Origin: Pseudomonadota bacterium
GTDB taxonomy: Bacteria > Pseudomonadota > Alphaproteobacteria > Micropepsales > Micropepsaceae
Reading direction: 5' to 3'
Assembly (NCBI GenBank): GCA_029778105.1
Contig: JAKOQZ010000011.1
Coordinates: 1 to 55,476 of the forward strand
Length of the DNA: 55,476 nt
The notes under the pieces are model-generated. The model worked only from the letters and a program-made list of their open reading frames with translations, did no database searches and was not told the DNA's origin. Below are positions 1 through 8,872 of this stretch, in pieces (position 1 is the first letter of the stretch; every line of letters starts with the position of its first letter). The translations under genes were made by a program, and so were the position numbers.

Positions 1-191
1 AGCTGACGGTCCGAGCGGATCAGCGGGTGGATGTGGAGGATCGGGCGGGCTTCATCGAACTGTGCGCATACGGCCTGGGCATAGGCCTGCAGCGTCTCGC
101 CGGTGGAGTCCGACACCAGGTGGAGATGGAAATAGACATTGGTTGGTCCCCATCCATGGCTGAGCGCCGTCGCGGGGATCTCATCGCTCAT
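1..191 (-). CDS. Pyruvate phosphate dikinase / PEP synthetase regulatory protein (DUF299), 5' part; runs off the window
   Basis: Manual translation from ATG 191: MSDEIPATALSHGWGPTNVYFHLHLVSDSTGETLQAYAQAVCAQF. The HLVSDSTGET motif is typical of this family, and the gene is commonly divergent from hemE across alphaproteobacterial oriC. Not in the ORF track. Confidence 0.9.
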   Translation of the reverse strand, partial: MSDEIPATALSHGWGPTNVYFHLHLVSDSTGETLQAYAQAVCAQFDEARPILHIHPLIRSDRQ

Positions 192-428
192 GGGAAAACC
201 ATGTGGAGAAGTGAACCGGCAAGTCTGTGGAGGGCGCCCGGCCCCCGAAATTCTTCACGTCATGCGCTCCTGATGCACGCGGCTCAAGGATGTTTTTCAG
301 CGCGGTTTCGTGGCTGGGGAAACTTCAGCGCCCGAGGCGGGAAAGCCGGGGACGAAGGCGCGCCAGCTTAAGGATTCCCGCTTTCCCCAGATCCCACAGG
401 GTTCTCAACAGCCTTGAATCCGCGGAAA

Positions 429-444
429 TTAAGAGCTGATTAAC
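429..444 (+). promoter_or_regulatory. CtrA binding site
   Basis: TTAA-GAGCTGA-TTAAC is an exact TTAA-N7-TTAAC consensus within oriC. Confidence 0.8.
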
Positions 445-522
445 CTTTAGCCCCCGGAAACCGGAATCCGGCCGACGGTTCACAGGGGGGTGTGGACAGC
501 GTCGGCACGACATTGATCCCCC

Positions 523-560
523 TTGTTCACAGGCCCTACTACCAGCCTCCACCACTACCT
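523..560 (+). other. DnaA box + GC-rich motif + DnaA-trio-like tract (basal unwinding system)
   Basis: TTGTTCACA-GGCC-CTACTACCAGCCTCCACCACTACCT has the same layout as the B. subtilis unwinding element (box-GGCC-TACTATTAC...). Confidence 0.65.
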
Positions 561-615
561 TTCTCTTCTAGAGTCATAGATAGAGAAGAAAGAAAGCCCG
601 TCAGTCTGGTTCCCC

Positions 616-1641
616 GTGATGAAGCCGTTCCTGCAAGTCCTGCGTGGCGAAGCGCAGAAAGTCCCTCCTGTCTGGATCATGCGTCAGGCCGGGCGTTATC
701 TGCCGGAGTATCGCGAGATCCGGGCCAAGGCGCGTGATTTCGTCGATTTCTGCCTGACCCCGGACCTGGCGATCGAGGCGACCCTGCAGCCGATCCGCCG
801 TTACGGGATGGACGCGGCGATCCTGTTCGCCGACATCCTGCTGATCCCCCAGGCGATGGGACAAAGCCTCGCTTTCGTCGAAGGAGAGGGCCCCAAGCTT
901 GAGCCGATCCGGGACCGGGAAGGCTTGAAGCGGCTCACCGTGAACGGCGTCGCCGAACGCCTGCAGCCGGTCATGGAGACGGTGAAGGGCGTCAAGGCGG
1001 CGCTGCCCGGCACCGTCGCCCTGATCGGGTTCGCCGGTGCGCCATGGACGGTCGCCACCTACATGATCGAGGGCGGCGGCGGCAGCGATCACGCGCTGAT
1101 CCGTAGGATGGCGTGGTCAGATCCGGTTCTTTTCGGGGGCATTCTGGACGCCCTGACCGAGGCGACCATCGCCTATCTGATTGCGCAGATCGATGCCGGC
1201 GCCGAGGTCCTGCAGCTTTTCGACACCTGGGCCGGCAGTGTTCCGGCACCCTTGTTCGAACGCGCCGTCATCCAGCCCGCAGCGCAGATCGTCAAAGCGA
1301 TCAAGGCGCACGCGCCGCATGTCCCGGTGATCGGATTTCCGCGTGCCGCCGCCCCGCATCTGGCGGCCTATGCGGCGCGTACAGGGGTCGATGGCGTCGG
1401 GATCGACCATATGACACCGCTGAGCTTCGCCGCCGGGGCCGTGACCCCCGACAAGGCGCTTCAGGGCAATCTCGATCCGATCCTGCTGCTGGCGGGCGGC
1501 GAGACCATGACCGACGAGGCATCCCGTCTGGTACGGGCCATGACGGGGCGGCCCTATATCTTCAATCTGGGGCACGGCGTCCTGCCCGCCACGCCGCCCG
1601 AACATGTGGCGCAGCTGCTGGCTGCGGTGAGGGGCGCATGA
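616..1641 (+). CDS. hemE: Uroporphyrinogen decarboxylase
   Basis: PVWIMRQAGRYLPEYR, DAAILFADIL and FNLGHG motifs. Start may be ATG 619. Confidence 0.97.
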   Translation: MMKPFLQVLRGEAQKVPPVWIMRQAGRYLPEYREIRAKARDFVDFCLTPDLAIEATLQPIRRYGMDAAILFADILLIPQAMGQSLAFVEGEGPKLEPIRDREGLKRLTVNGVAERLQPVMETVKGVKAALPGTVALIGFAGAPWTVATYMIEGGGGSDHALIRRMAWSDPVLFGGILDALTEATIAYLIAQIDAGAEVLQLFDTWAGSVPAPLFERAVIQPAAQIVKAIKAHAPHVPVIGFPRAAAPHLAAYAARTGVDGVGIDHMTPLSFAAGAVTPDKALQGNLDPILLLAGGETMTDEASRLVRAMTGRPYIFNLGHGVLPATPPEHVAQLLAAVRGA

Positions 1642-2678
1642 GCCAGCGGGTCGGGATCGTTCTTTTCAACCTTGGCGGCCCTGATACGCTCGATGCGGTT
1701 AAGCCCTTTCTGCGCAACCTGTTTTCGGACAAGGCGATCATTCGCGCGCCATCGTTTGTACGCTGGCCGCTCGCGCGCCTGATCTCCAGCCGGCGTGCGC
1801 CGTATGCCCAGAATATCTATCGTTCGATCGGCGGGGGTTCGCCGATCGTGCCGGAAACCGAGCGGCAGGCCCGGGCGCTGGAAGCGGCGCTGGCAGCCGA
1901 GGGTGTGACCGCCAAGGTGGTGATCGCGATGCGGTACTGGCATCCCTTCGCCGCCGAAGCGGCCGCCGAACTGAAATCCTGGGGGCCGGACCGGATCGTC
2001 CTGCTTCCGCTCTATCCGCAGTTTTCGACGACGACCACGCAGTCCTCTCTGGACGATTGGGAACGATCGGCCGCAAAAGCGGGGCTCACGGCCCCGGCCA
2101 CAGCTTTGTGCTGCTATCCGACCCATCCCGGGTTCATCGCCGCTTATGGCGATCTGGTGCGTCAGGCGCTGGCGGACCTGCCTGCCGGCGCCACTCCGCG
2201 TCTGCTGTTTTCCGCGCACGGGCTGCCCGAACGGATCGTGACGGCGGGCGATCCCTATCCGCGCCAGGTCGAGGCGACGGCCAGGGAGATCGCCGTAGCG
2301 GCCGGCGCGGACGGCCTGGACTGGCGTGTCACCTATCAGAGCCGGGTCGGTCCGCTGAAATGGATCGGGCCCGATACGGATAAAGAGATTGAGGCTTCGG
2401 CCACGGCGAAGCTGGTGCCGGTCGTTGTCCCCTTGTCGTTCGTGTCCGAGCATTCCGAGACGCTTTACGAGCTCGATCAGATCTACCGTGATGCGGCGCT
2501 CGCGGCCGGGGCGCCGGCCTATATCCGTGTGCCGGCGGTCGGAACCCATCCGAAGTTCATCGCGGCGCTTGCCGATCTGGTCAGGCAATCACCGGCCCGC
2601 GGCAGGCTGGCTCCGGATTCCTCGTGGACCGGCTGCGGTGGCGCAGCCGGGTGTCCTTGCGTAAAGGCGGCAGCATGA
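1638..2678 (+). CDS. hemH: Ferrochelatase
   Basis: NLGGP, LLPLYPQFS, FSAHGLP, YQSRVGP and SEHSETLYEL motifs. The start overlaps the hemE stop (ATGA); the ORF-track start at 1113 is too early. Confidence 0.95.
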   Translation: MSQRVGIVLFNLGGPDTLDAVKPFLRNLFSDKAIIRAPSFVRWPLARLISSRRAPYAQNIYRSIGGGSPIVPETERQARALEAALAAEGVTAKVVIAMRYWHPFAAEAAAELKSWGPDRIVLLPLYPQFSTTTTQSSLDDWERSAAKAGLTAPATALCCYPTHPGFIAAYGDLVRQALADLPAGATPRLLFSAHGLPERIVTAGDPYPRQVEATAREIAVAAGADGLDWRVTYQSRVGPLKWIGPDTDKEIEASATAKLVPVVVPLSFVSEHSETLYELDQIYRDAALAAGAPAYIRVPAVGTHPKFIAALADLVRQSPARGRLAPDSSWTGCGGAAGCPCVKAAA

Positions 2679-3127
2679 TCGATTGGCTTGAAGGCGTCGG
2701 CTATGACTGGATCAAAGCTGGACACGTCATCTTTGTGATTTTCTGGATGGCGGGGCTTTTCATGCTGCCGCGCTATCTCGCCTATCACAGCGAAACGGCG
2801 GTGGGTTCGCCCGAGAGCGAGGCCTGGAAGGCGCGCGAGACCCGCATCCTGCGCATCATCCTGACCCCGGCCATGCTGGCGGCATGGCTCTTCGCGGTGC
2901 TGATGCTTGTCGGCCGGCCCGAGCTTTTTCAGGGTGGCGGCTGGCTGCACGCGAAACTTTTGCTGGTGGTGGGTTTGACCGGATTTCACGGTTTTCTGGC
3001 CGGTCAGGTACGGAAGTTCCGCGCGGATGGGGGAATCCGAAACAGCCGGACCTGGCGGATTCTGAACGAGATCCCGAGTTTCGGGGTTATCCTTGTGGTC
3101 GTTCTGGTCATCGCCAAGCCGTTCTGA
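2675..3127 (+). CDS. hemJ: Protoporphyrinogen oxidase HemJ (CopD-like membrane protein)
   Basis: WIKAGHVIFVIFWMAGLFMLPR, WLHAKLLLV, NEIP and KPF C-terminus. ATGA overlap with hemH. Confidence 0.9.
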   Translation: MIDWLEGVGYDWIKAGHVIFVIFWMAGLFMLPRYLAYHSETAVGSPESEAWKARETRILRIILTPAMLAAWLFAVLMLVGRPELFQGGGWLHAKLLLVVGLTGFHGFLAGQVRKFRADGGIRNSRTWRILNEIPSFGVILVVVLVIAKPF

Positions 3128-3132
3128 AAGGC

Positions 3133-3162
3133 TTGAAACCGCGCCGGAAACGGCGCTATAGA
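3133..3162 (+). promoter_or_regulatory. Putative sigma70 promoter of rho
   Basis: cTTGAAA-N17/18-gCTATAGA, typical alphaproteobacterial RpoD form. Confidence 0.55.
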
Positions 3163-3314
3163 GCGTGACAAGACAGCGCCCGCCGGGCGGTCGGCCCTTT
3201 TTCAAGGGCCCCTGGGACGGCGGCGCAATCTGGCGGGATCCAACCGCCGGACGCCTTTCAAAGCACCTCCTCCTTCACCCGCCGAACCTTTCCAGATCGA
3301 CGGCTGAATCGCGA

Positions 3315-4817
3315 ATGCCAGGCCTTTTCGGGCCACCCATCCGCAAATTTCCCGGTTCCATCGTCCAAGTTCAGGTTACGCCCATTCCTACGCCCACCCG
3401 CCCCACGCTGACCGGCCGCAAAAAGGCCGCGCCCCAGCCCGAACCCGAGGTCGAAACCGCAGCGGCCGAAGCGCCGGCCGAGGTCAAGGCCGAGCCCAAG
3501 CGCGCGCCGGAGCCCGAAAAAGCGCCGACCATGACCCTGGCCGATGTGCGCTTCCAGACCGTGAAGCTGCAGGATCTCAAGGCCAAGTCGCCCGTCGAGA
3601 TGCTGGCGTTCGCCGAGGAACTCGAGATCGAGGGCGCCGGCTCCATGCGCAAGCAGGAGCTGATGTTCGCCATCCTCAAGGCGCTGGCCGAGAGCGACAT
3701 CGAGATTTCCGGCGTCGGCGTGCTGGAGGCCCTACCGGACGGTTTCGGCTTCCTGCGTTCGCCGGAGTCCAACTACCTTCCCGGCCCCGACGACATCTAT
3801 GTGAGCCCGTCGCAGATCCGCCGCTTCTCGCTGCGCACCGGCGACACGGTGGAGGGCCTGATCCGGGCGCCCAAGGACGGCGAGCGTTACTTCGCCCTCA
3901 CCAAGCTGAACGAGATCAATTTCTCTGACCCCGAAAAGGCCGGCCACACCGTTCATTTCGACAATCTGACGCCGCTCTACCCGGAAGAGCGCCTCAAGAT
4001 GGAAGTGAACGATCCGACGCTGAAGGATCGTTCGGCACGCATCATCGATATCGTCGCCCCGCTCGGCAAAGGCCAGCGCGGCCTCATCGTCGCGCCGCCG
4101 CGCACCGGCAAAACGGTGCTGCTGCAGAACATCGCCAAGTCGATTACGGCGAACCATCCCGAGTGCTACCTCATCGTTCTTCTGATCGACGAGCGCCCGG
4201 AAGAAGTCACCGACATGCAGCGCACGGTGAAGGGCGAAGTCATCTCGTCGACCTTCGACGAGCCGGCGACACGTCACGTGGCGGTCGCCGAAATGGTCAT
4301 CGAAAAGGCCAAGCGCCTGGTCGAGCACGGCCGCGACGTCGTCATCCTGCTGGATTCGATCACCCGCCTCGGCCGCGCCTACAACACCGTCGTGCCCTCG
4401 TCTGGCAAGGTGCTGACCGGCGGTGTCGACGCCAACGCGCTGCAGCGTCCCAAGCGTTTCTTCGGCGCGGCGCGCAACATCGAAGAGGGCGGCTCGCTGA
4501 CCATCATCGCGACGGCCCTGATCGACACCGGCAGCCGCATGGACGAAGTCATCTTCGAAGAGTTCAAGGGCACGGGTAACAGCGAAATCATTCTCGACCG
4601 CAAGGTCGCGGACAAGCGCGTGTTCCCGGCGATGGACATCCTGCGCTCCGGCACCCGCAAGGAAGAGCTGCTGGTCGAGAAGGGTATCCTTTCCAAGATG
4701 TATGTGCTCCGCCGCATCCTCAATCCGATGGGCACGGTGGATGCGATCGAGTTCCTCATCGACAAGCTGCGCTCGTCGAAGCAGAACTCCGACTTCTTCG
4801 ACAGCATGAACACCTAA
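3315..4817 (+). CDS. rho: Transcription termination factor Rho (start uncertain, 3315-3531)
   Basis: [37 protein letters not shown] and EFKGTGN motifs. Confidence 0.97.
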   Translation: MPGLFGPPIRKFPGSIVQVQVTPIPTPTRPTLTGRKKAAPQPEPEVETAAAEAPAEVKAEPKRAPEPEKAPTMTLADVRFQTVKLQDLKAKSPVEMLAFAEELEIEGAGSMRKQELMFAILKALAESDIEISGVGVLEALPDGFGFLRSPESNYLPGPDDIYVSPSQIRRFSLRTGDTVEGLIRAPKDGERYFALTKLNEINFSDPEKAGHTVHFDNLTPLYPEERLKMEVNDPTLKDRSARIIDIVAPLGKGQRGLIVAPPRTGKTVLLQNIAKSITANHPECYLIVLLIDERPEEVTDMQRTVKGEVISSTFDEPATRHVAVAEMVIEKAKRLVEHGRDVVILLDSITRLGRAYNTVVPSSGKVLTGGVDANALQRPKRFFGAARNIEEGGSLTIIATALIDTGSRMDEVIFEEFKGTGNSEIILDRKVADKRVFPAMDILRSGTRKEELLVEKGILSKMYVLRRILNPMGTVDAIEFLIDKLRSSKQNSDFFDSMNT

Positions 4818-4821
4818 CTCC

Positions 4822-5376
4822 GTGCCGGTCGATTTCGACGCCTATCAGGAGCCGCGGCTGGAAACGCCGCGGCTTTTGCTTGAGCCGGTCAACGCCTGGC
4901 ACGGCGAGCCGATATTCGCCGGTCTGAAGGACCCGTTGCTCTATGCCTACACGTCCGACGAACCGCCGCTTTCGGTCTCGGCGCTGAGCCGCCGCCTTGA
5001 AGCGCTGGAAGGCCGGCGTTCGCCGGACGGCGGCGAGCTGTGGCTCAATTGGGCGGTACTGGATCGCAGGCAGGGCTATGTCGGTCTTGTTGAGGCGACG
5101 GTCAGGCGTGACTCTACGTCACTTGTGGCCTGGCGTGTTTTCACGAGCGCCCAGCGTCAGGGTTTCGCGGCCGAGGCGGGCGCGGTCATGCTGCGGCACC
5201 TGGAAGAAATCGGGTGTTCGGAGGCGATCGCGTTCATCGACACGCGCAACACACCCTCGATCCGCCTTGCCCGGCGGCTGGGGTTCGCACTCGTCGCCAC
5301 ACATGACCGGCGGGAAAGGCTGCGAGGGCGCTGGGTCGACGATCACGAGTTCCGCAGGTCGCTGAATACCGCGTGA
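4822..5376 (+). CDS. GNAT N-acetyltransferase, RimJ/RimL-like
   Basis: LETPRLLL, QRQGFAAEA and NTPSIRLARRLGF motifs. Confidence 0.8.
   Translation: MPVDFDAYQEPRLETPRLLLEPVNAWHGEPIFAGLKDPLLYAYTSDEPPLSVSALSRRLEALEGRRSPDGGELWLNWAVLDRRQGYVGLVEATVRRDSTSLVAWRVFTSAQRQGFAAEAGAVMLRHLEEIGCSEAIAFIDTRNTPSIRLARRLGFALVATHDRRERLRGRWVDDHEFRRSLNTA
4850..4878 (+). terminator. Intrinsic-terminator-like hairpin just downstream of rho, inside the GNAT 5' end
   Basis: AGCCGCGGC-tggaaac-GCCGCGGCT followed by TTTG. Confidence 0.45.
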
Positions 5377-5465
5377 AGGAACCCGCTGCGGCGATGCGGC
5401 CAAATGCGGCGTTGAGTGCGAGGCGGGCGCGATGGAATTTCCGGGCCGTCACTCAGGGGTCGATC

Positions 5466-6338
5466 ATGCGTCTGCTCGTCTTGCCGCTTTGCCTTGGTCT
5501 CTCGTTTCCTGCGGCGCTGGCGGCGAGTTCGCCGGGCGCGTCCGACTCCTCCGCTCAGGCCCTGCTGGCCGGCGGTTGGCGATATGAGCCGGATGGCAGT
5601 GCGCCGCCGGCCTGCGATCAGGCGCCCAGCGAGATGGGGCAGGTCATCACCTTCGAGTTCGCGGTCACGGGCGGCCGGGCGCAATGGACCTCGCCGGACG
5701 GCGAAGGCATGAATCTGGCGGTCGAGGCCTCGCAGGACGGCAAGACCATTTCACTCCTCTCGCCGGATGGCCCGGGCCTGACCTTCGAGCTCAACGACGA
5801 CGGCACGCTGTCGGGCGCCAAGATGGCCGATTTCGCCGGCGACCTCGCCGGTATGCAGTTCCGCAAATGCTACGAGCCGGCCGACCGCGCGAAGATCGAT
5901 GGCAGCGCCAAGGCGCTCGCCTTCTTCGGCGGCGCGCCGGATGCGCCGCCGGTGCGTTTCGTCGACACGCGCTTCGCCAAGAAGGGCAAGGATCTGTGCC
6001 TGGAGCCGGAGGCGCAGTATCTGGAACTCGATATGGTCGGCCCGCTCGGTTTTTCGCTCGGCCGTTGGAACAGCGCGGCGATCGCCGAGAAGCTCGCGGT
6101 CGACGAGAAGGTGAAACTGCCGCTCGACGATCTTGGCAACTACACGCTGGAGTCGCTGACCGAAACGGGGCTCGGCTGGGAGGCGGCCCTCACCGAGCTC
6201 ATCCCGCCCAACGGATCGCGCGGCGACACGACCACGATCCGCCTGCAGGTGAAGGGCGATCATGTGACGATTCCCGAGTGGCAGCGCGACTACCTGCGCT
6301 GTACGACCGGTGAGGAGACCACGGTGGTCGCACAGTAA
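5466..6338 (+). CDS. Exported hypothetical protein
   Basis: Signal peptide MRLLVLPLCLGLSFPAALA, high-GC3 codon usage, AGGGG upstream of ATG 5466. Confidence 0.7.
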   Translation: MRLLVLPLCLGLSFPAALAASSPGASDSSAQALLAGGWRYEPDGSAPPACDQAPSEMGQVITFEFAVTGGRAQWTSPDGEGMNLAVEASQDGKTISLLSPDGPGLTFELNDDGTLSGAKMADFAGDLAGMQFRKCYEPADRAKIDGSAKALAFFGGAPDAPPVRFVDTRFAKKGKDLCLEPEAQYLELDMVGPLGFSLGRWNSAAIAEKLAVDEKVKLPLDDLGNYTLESLTETGLGWEAALTELIPPNGSRGDTTTIRLQVKGDHVTIPEWQRDYLRCTTGEETTVVAQ

Positions 6339-6353
6339 TCCGACAGGTTCGTC

Positions 6354-7139
6354 ATGCGTCTCCTTCTCGCCGTCCTTCTTGCATCCAGCGCCGTTGCGCA
6401 GACGCCGCCTGTCCTCGACAGAGCCGGGCTCGATCCCGTCTTGAGCCGTTCGTGGACGGCGGGAGAAGGCTGCGGGGCGGATCTTATGGACTTCGTCATC
6501 GACACCGACGGCCAGCCCTATATCCGCAACAACGGTTTCACGCCGCTGTCAGGTTTCACGCTGCAAGGCAGCGTTCTCACCACCACGGACGACGTCGGCA
6601 TCGGCCGGACCAGCTCGGTCTATCATCTTGGCGATGACGGCAGTCTGCGCCTTTGGTCGGAAATCTACGATCCGGCCTTTGGCGAAGAGGGCCAGGAGGG
6701 CGAACCGACGACCCAGCGGGTCAAGGACGGCATGGTGGTGATCGGCGATGACGGCCAGCCGCTGTCTCCCGGGATGCCCACGGCGTCGCTGAAGCCCTGC
6801 CCGGCACGAACCGCCCTCTTTCCCGCCGAAACCGTCGCGGCGCTCGAAGGCGCCTGGGCGACCGGGGACGGAAAAGGCGGGATCTGCGCCCGCGACGCCG
6901 ATAGCATCACCTTCCAGCTGACCCGCCCGGTGCCGCATGTCCTGCGCGGGCCGTTCGGGGGCGAAGCGGTCTCGACGTCCTATGCGCTGAACATCGTGAA
7001 GGACGGCGAGGCCTATGTCGTCACCGAGGGCAACGCTTTCGAGGCGGGCGACTATACGTTCACGCCTGACGGCAAAGGCGGTCTGGTGCAGGCGAACCCG
7101 TACGCCGATGGGCCGCTGGAGCTGCATCGCTGCCCGTGA
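6354..7139 (+). CDS. Exported hypothetical protein
   Basis: Signal peptide MRLLLAVLLASSAVA; two W..C...C modules. Confidence 0.7.
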   Translation: MRLLLAVLLASSAVAQTPPVLDRAGLDPVLSRSWTAGEGCGADLMDFVIDTDGQPYIRNNGFTPLSGFTLQGSVLTTTDDVGIGRTSSVYHLGDDGSLRLWSEIYDPAFGEEGQEGEPTTQRVKDGMVVIGDDGQPLSPGMPTASLKPCPARTALFPAETVAALEGAWATGDGKGGICARDADSITFQLTRPVPHVLRGPFGGEAVSTSYALNIVKDGEAYVVTEGNAFEAGDYTFTPDGKGGLVQANPYADGPLELHRCP

Positions 7140-7148
7140 GGGTGAGGC

Positions 7149-7177
7149 TTGTGACGCCCGCCGCACGCGCGTAGAAG
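7149..7177 (+). promoter_or_regulatory. Putative sigma70 promoter of asd
   Basis: TTGTGA-N17-TAGAAG. Confidence 0.4.
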
Positions 7178-7214
7178 GCCGGACCTTTTGTTCCAGCCTT
7201 TGAGGTGATGTGTC

Positions 7215-8222
7215 GTGACGGGTCCTGTCGTCGCGGTCGCGGGTGCGACCGGCGCTGTTGGTGTCGAGCTGCTGAAGTGCCTTGAGACGCGGAAATTCCC
7301 GCTCTCGAAGCTCAAGCTGCTCGCGTCCAAGCGATCGGCGGGCCGGACGATGACCTTCAAGGGCCAGGAGATCCCCGTCGAGGAGCTCACCGAGGAGAGC
7401 CTCAAGGGCGTCGATATTGCGCTCTTTTCGGCGGGCAGCTCGATCAGCAAGCAGTTTCTGGCGGCCAGCAAGGCGGCGGGCGCCGTGATGATCGACAATT
7501 CGTCGGCGTTCCGCATGGACCCCGAGGTCCCGTTGGTCGTGCCGGAGATCAATCCGGAAGCGGCCAGGACCCATAAGGGCGTCATCGCCAATCCGAACTG
7601 CTCGACCATCATCGCCGATGTGGCGTTGTGGCCGCTTCATCAGGTGAACCCGATCAAGCGAATCATCGCCTCGACCTATCAGGCGGCGTCTGGCGCCGGC
7701 TGGGCGGCGATGGAGGAGCTAAAAAACGCCACTCGTGCGGCGCTTGACGGCAAGCCGTTCCAGCAGACCGTCATCCCGCATCCTTATGCGTTCAACGCCT
7801 TCAGCCATAACAGCAAGGTCGATCCCGTCTCGCTCTACAACGAGGAAGAGACCAAGCTGCTGAAGGAGACGCGCAAGATTTTCGGCGACGATACGATCCG
7901 CATCTCCGCAACCTGCGTTCGCATCCCTGTGCTGCGCGCGCATTGCGAAGCGCTGACGGTCGAGTTCGAGCGGCCGATGACGCCGGACGCGGCGCGGGCG
8001 ATCCTGGCCAAGGCGCCGGGCGTGCGGGTCGTCGACGATGTCGCCGCAAACCACTTCCCGATGCCCAACGAAGCGAGCGAGCAGGGCGACATTCTGGTGG
8101 GCCGCATCCGGCCGGATTCGTCCGACCCGTCGGGCAAGTCGCTGTGCCTGTTCGTGGCGGGCGATCAGCTGCTCAAGGGCGCGGCGCTCAACGCGGTGCA
8201 GATCGCCGAGCTTCTGGTCTGA
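7215..8222 (+). CDS. asd: Aspartate-semialdehyde dehydrogenase
   Basis: GATGAVG, IDNSSAFRMD, NPNCST (catalytic Cys), YQAASGAG and KGAALNAVQIAE motifs. Confidence 0.95.
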   Translation: MTGPVVAVAGATGAVGVELLKCLETRKFPLSKLKLLASKRSAGRTMTFKGQEIPVEELTEESLKGVDIALFSAGSSISKQFLAASKAAGAVMIDNSSAFRMDPEVPLVVPEINPEAARTHKGVIANPNCSTIIADVALWPLHQVNPIKRIIASTYQAASGAGWAAMEELKNATRAALDGKPFQQTVIPHPYAFNAFSHNSKVDPVSLYNEEETKLLKETRKIFGDDTIRISATCVRIPVLRAHCEALTVEFERPMTPDAARAILAKAPGVRVVDDVAANHFPMPNEASEQGDILVGRIRPDSSDPSGKSLCLFVAGDQLLKGAALNAVQIAELLV

Positions 8223-8269
8223 TCTGCGCTTCCGGTCTAGGCTCTTCCTTAAGGATGAGGGAGAGCCAA

Positions 8270-8869
8270 ATGACCGGGACGCTCGGCGACGCCAAATTTC
8301 ACGCCATGACCGAGGGCACGAAGGAAGACTGGATGGCCATCGCCGGCCATGCAGCCGAATTCGGCCGCGGGCTGCCCAAGCGCATCCTTGCTCACCTGAA
8401 GCTTCTGGATGGGGATTTCGGCGGCTATGCCGTGGACCGGCTGACGCATTCCCTGCAGACCGCCACCCGGGCCCATCGGGCGGGGATGGATGAGGAATAT
8501 GTCGTGATGGCGCTGCTGCACGACATCGGCGACACGCTGGGGCCATCGAACCATGCCGATATCGCGGCGGCGATCATGCGGCCCTATGTCAGCGAGAAGA
8601 ACCACTGGATCGCCGAGAAGCACGCGATCTTCCAGGGCTATTATTTCTTCCACCATCTCGGTCTCGACCGCGACATGCGCGAACAGTATCGCGGCCATCC
8701 GCACTTCGAGGCCTGCGCGCAGTTCTGCCATCTCTACGATCAGAACTCGTTCGATCCCGACTATGACTCGATGCCGCTGGAGGCGTTCGAGCCCATGATC
8801 GGCCGTGTCTTCGCGCGCCCGAAGAACTCGATCTATCTCAGGAAGGACGCCGCGCTGGCGGCGGAATGA
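8270..8869 (+). CDS. HD-domain metal-dependent protein (PhnZ-related family)
   Basis: HSLQTATRA, ALLHDIGD, NH and KH..FQGYYFFHH motifs; AGGGAG RBS. Confidence 0.85.
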   Translation: MTGTLGDAKFHAMTEGTKEDWMAIAGHAAEFGRGLPKRILAHLKLLDGDFGGYAVDRLTHSLQTATRAHRAGMDEEYVVMALLHDIGDTLGPSNHADIAAAIMRPYVSEKNHWIAEKHAIFQGYYFFHHLGLDRDMREQYRGHPHFEACAQFCHLYDQNSFDPDYDSMPLEAFEPMIGRVFARPKNSIYLRKDAALAAE

Positions 8870-8872
8870 AAC

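Larger units (their letters stand above)
192..615. other. oriC: Chromosomal replication origin (oriC)
   Basis: Intergenic region upstream of hemE. DnaA-box-like 9-mers at 202-210 (TGTGGAGAA), 402-410 (TTCTCAACA), 476-484, 491-499 (TGTGGACAG) and 523-531 (TTGTTCACA). TCCCCA W-box-like motifs at 384-389 and on the minus strand at 315-320. CtrA box, four GANTC sites (373, 416, 464, 571) and an AT-richer tract at 560-596. Confidence 0.88.

Noticed and set aside
27-737. Short ORFs across the origin
   Set aside because: They overlap oriC, the true minus-strand gene or hemE, and have atypical codon usage.
1113-1637. Apparent 175-aa N-terminal extension of HemH
   Set aside because: It lies in an alternative frame of hemE; the real start is the ATGA overlap at 1638.
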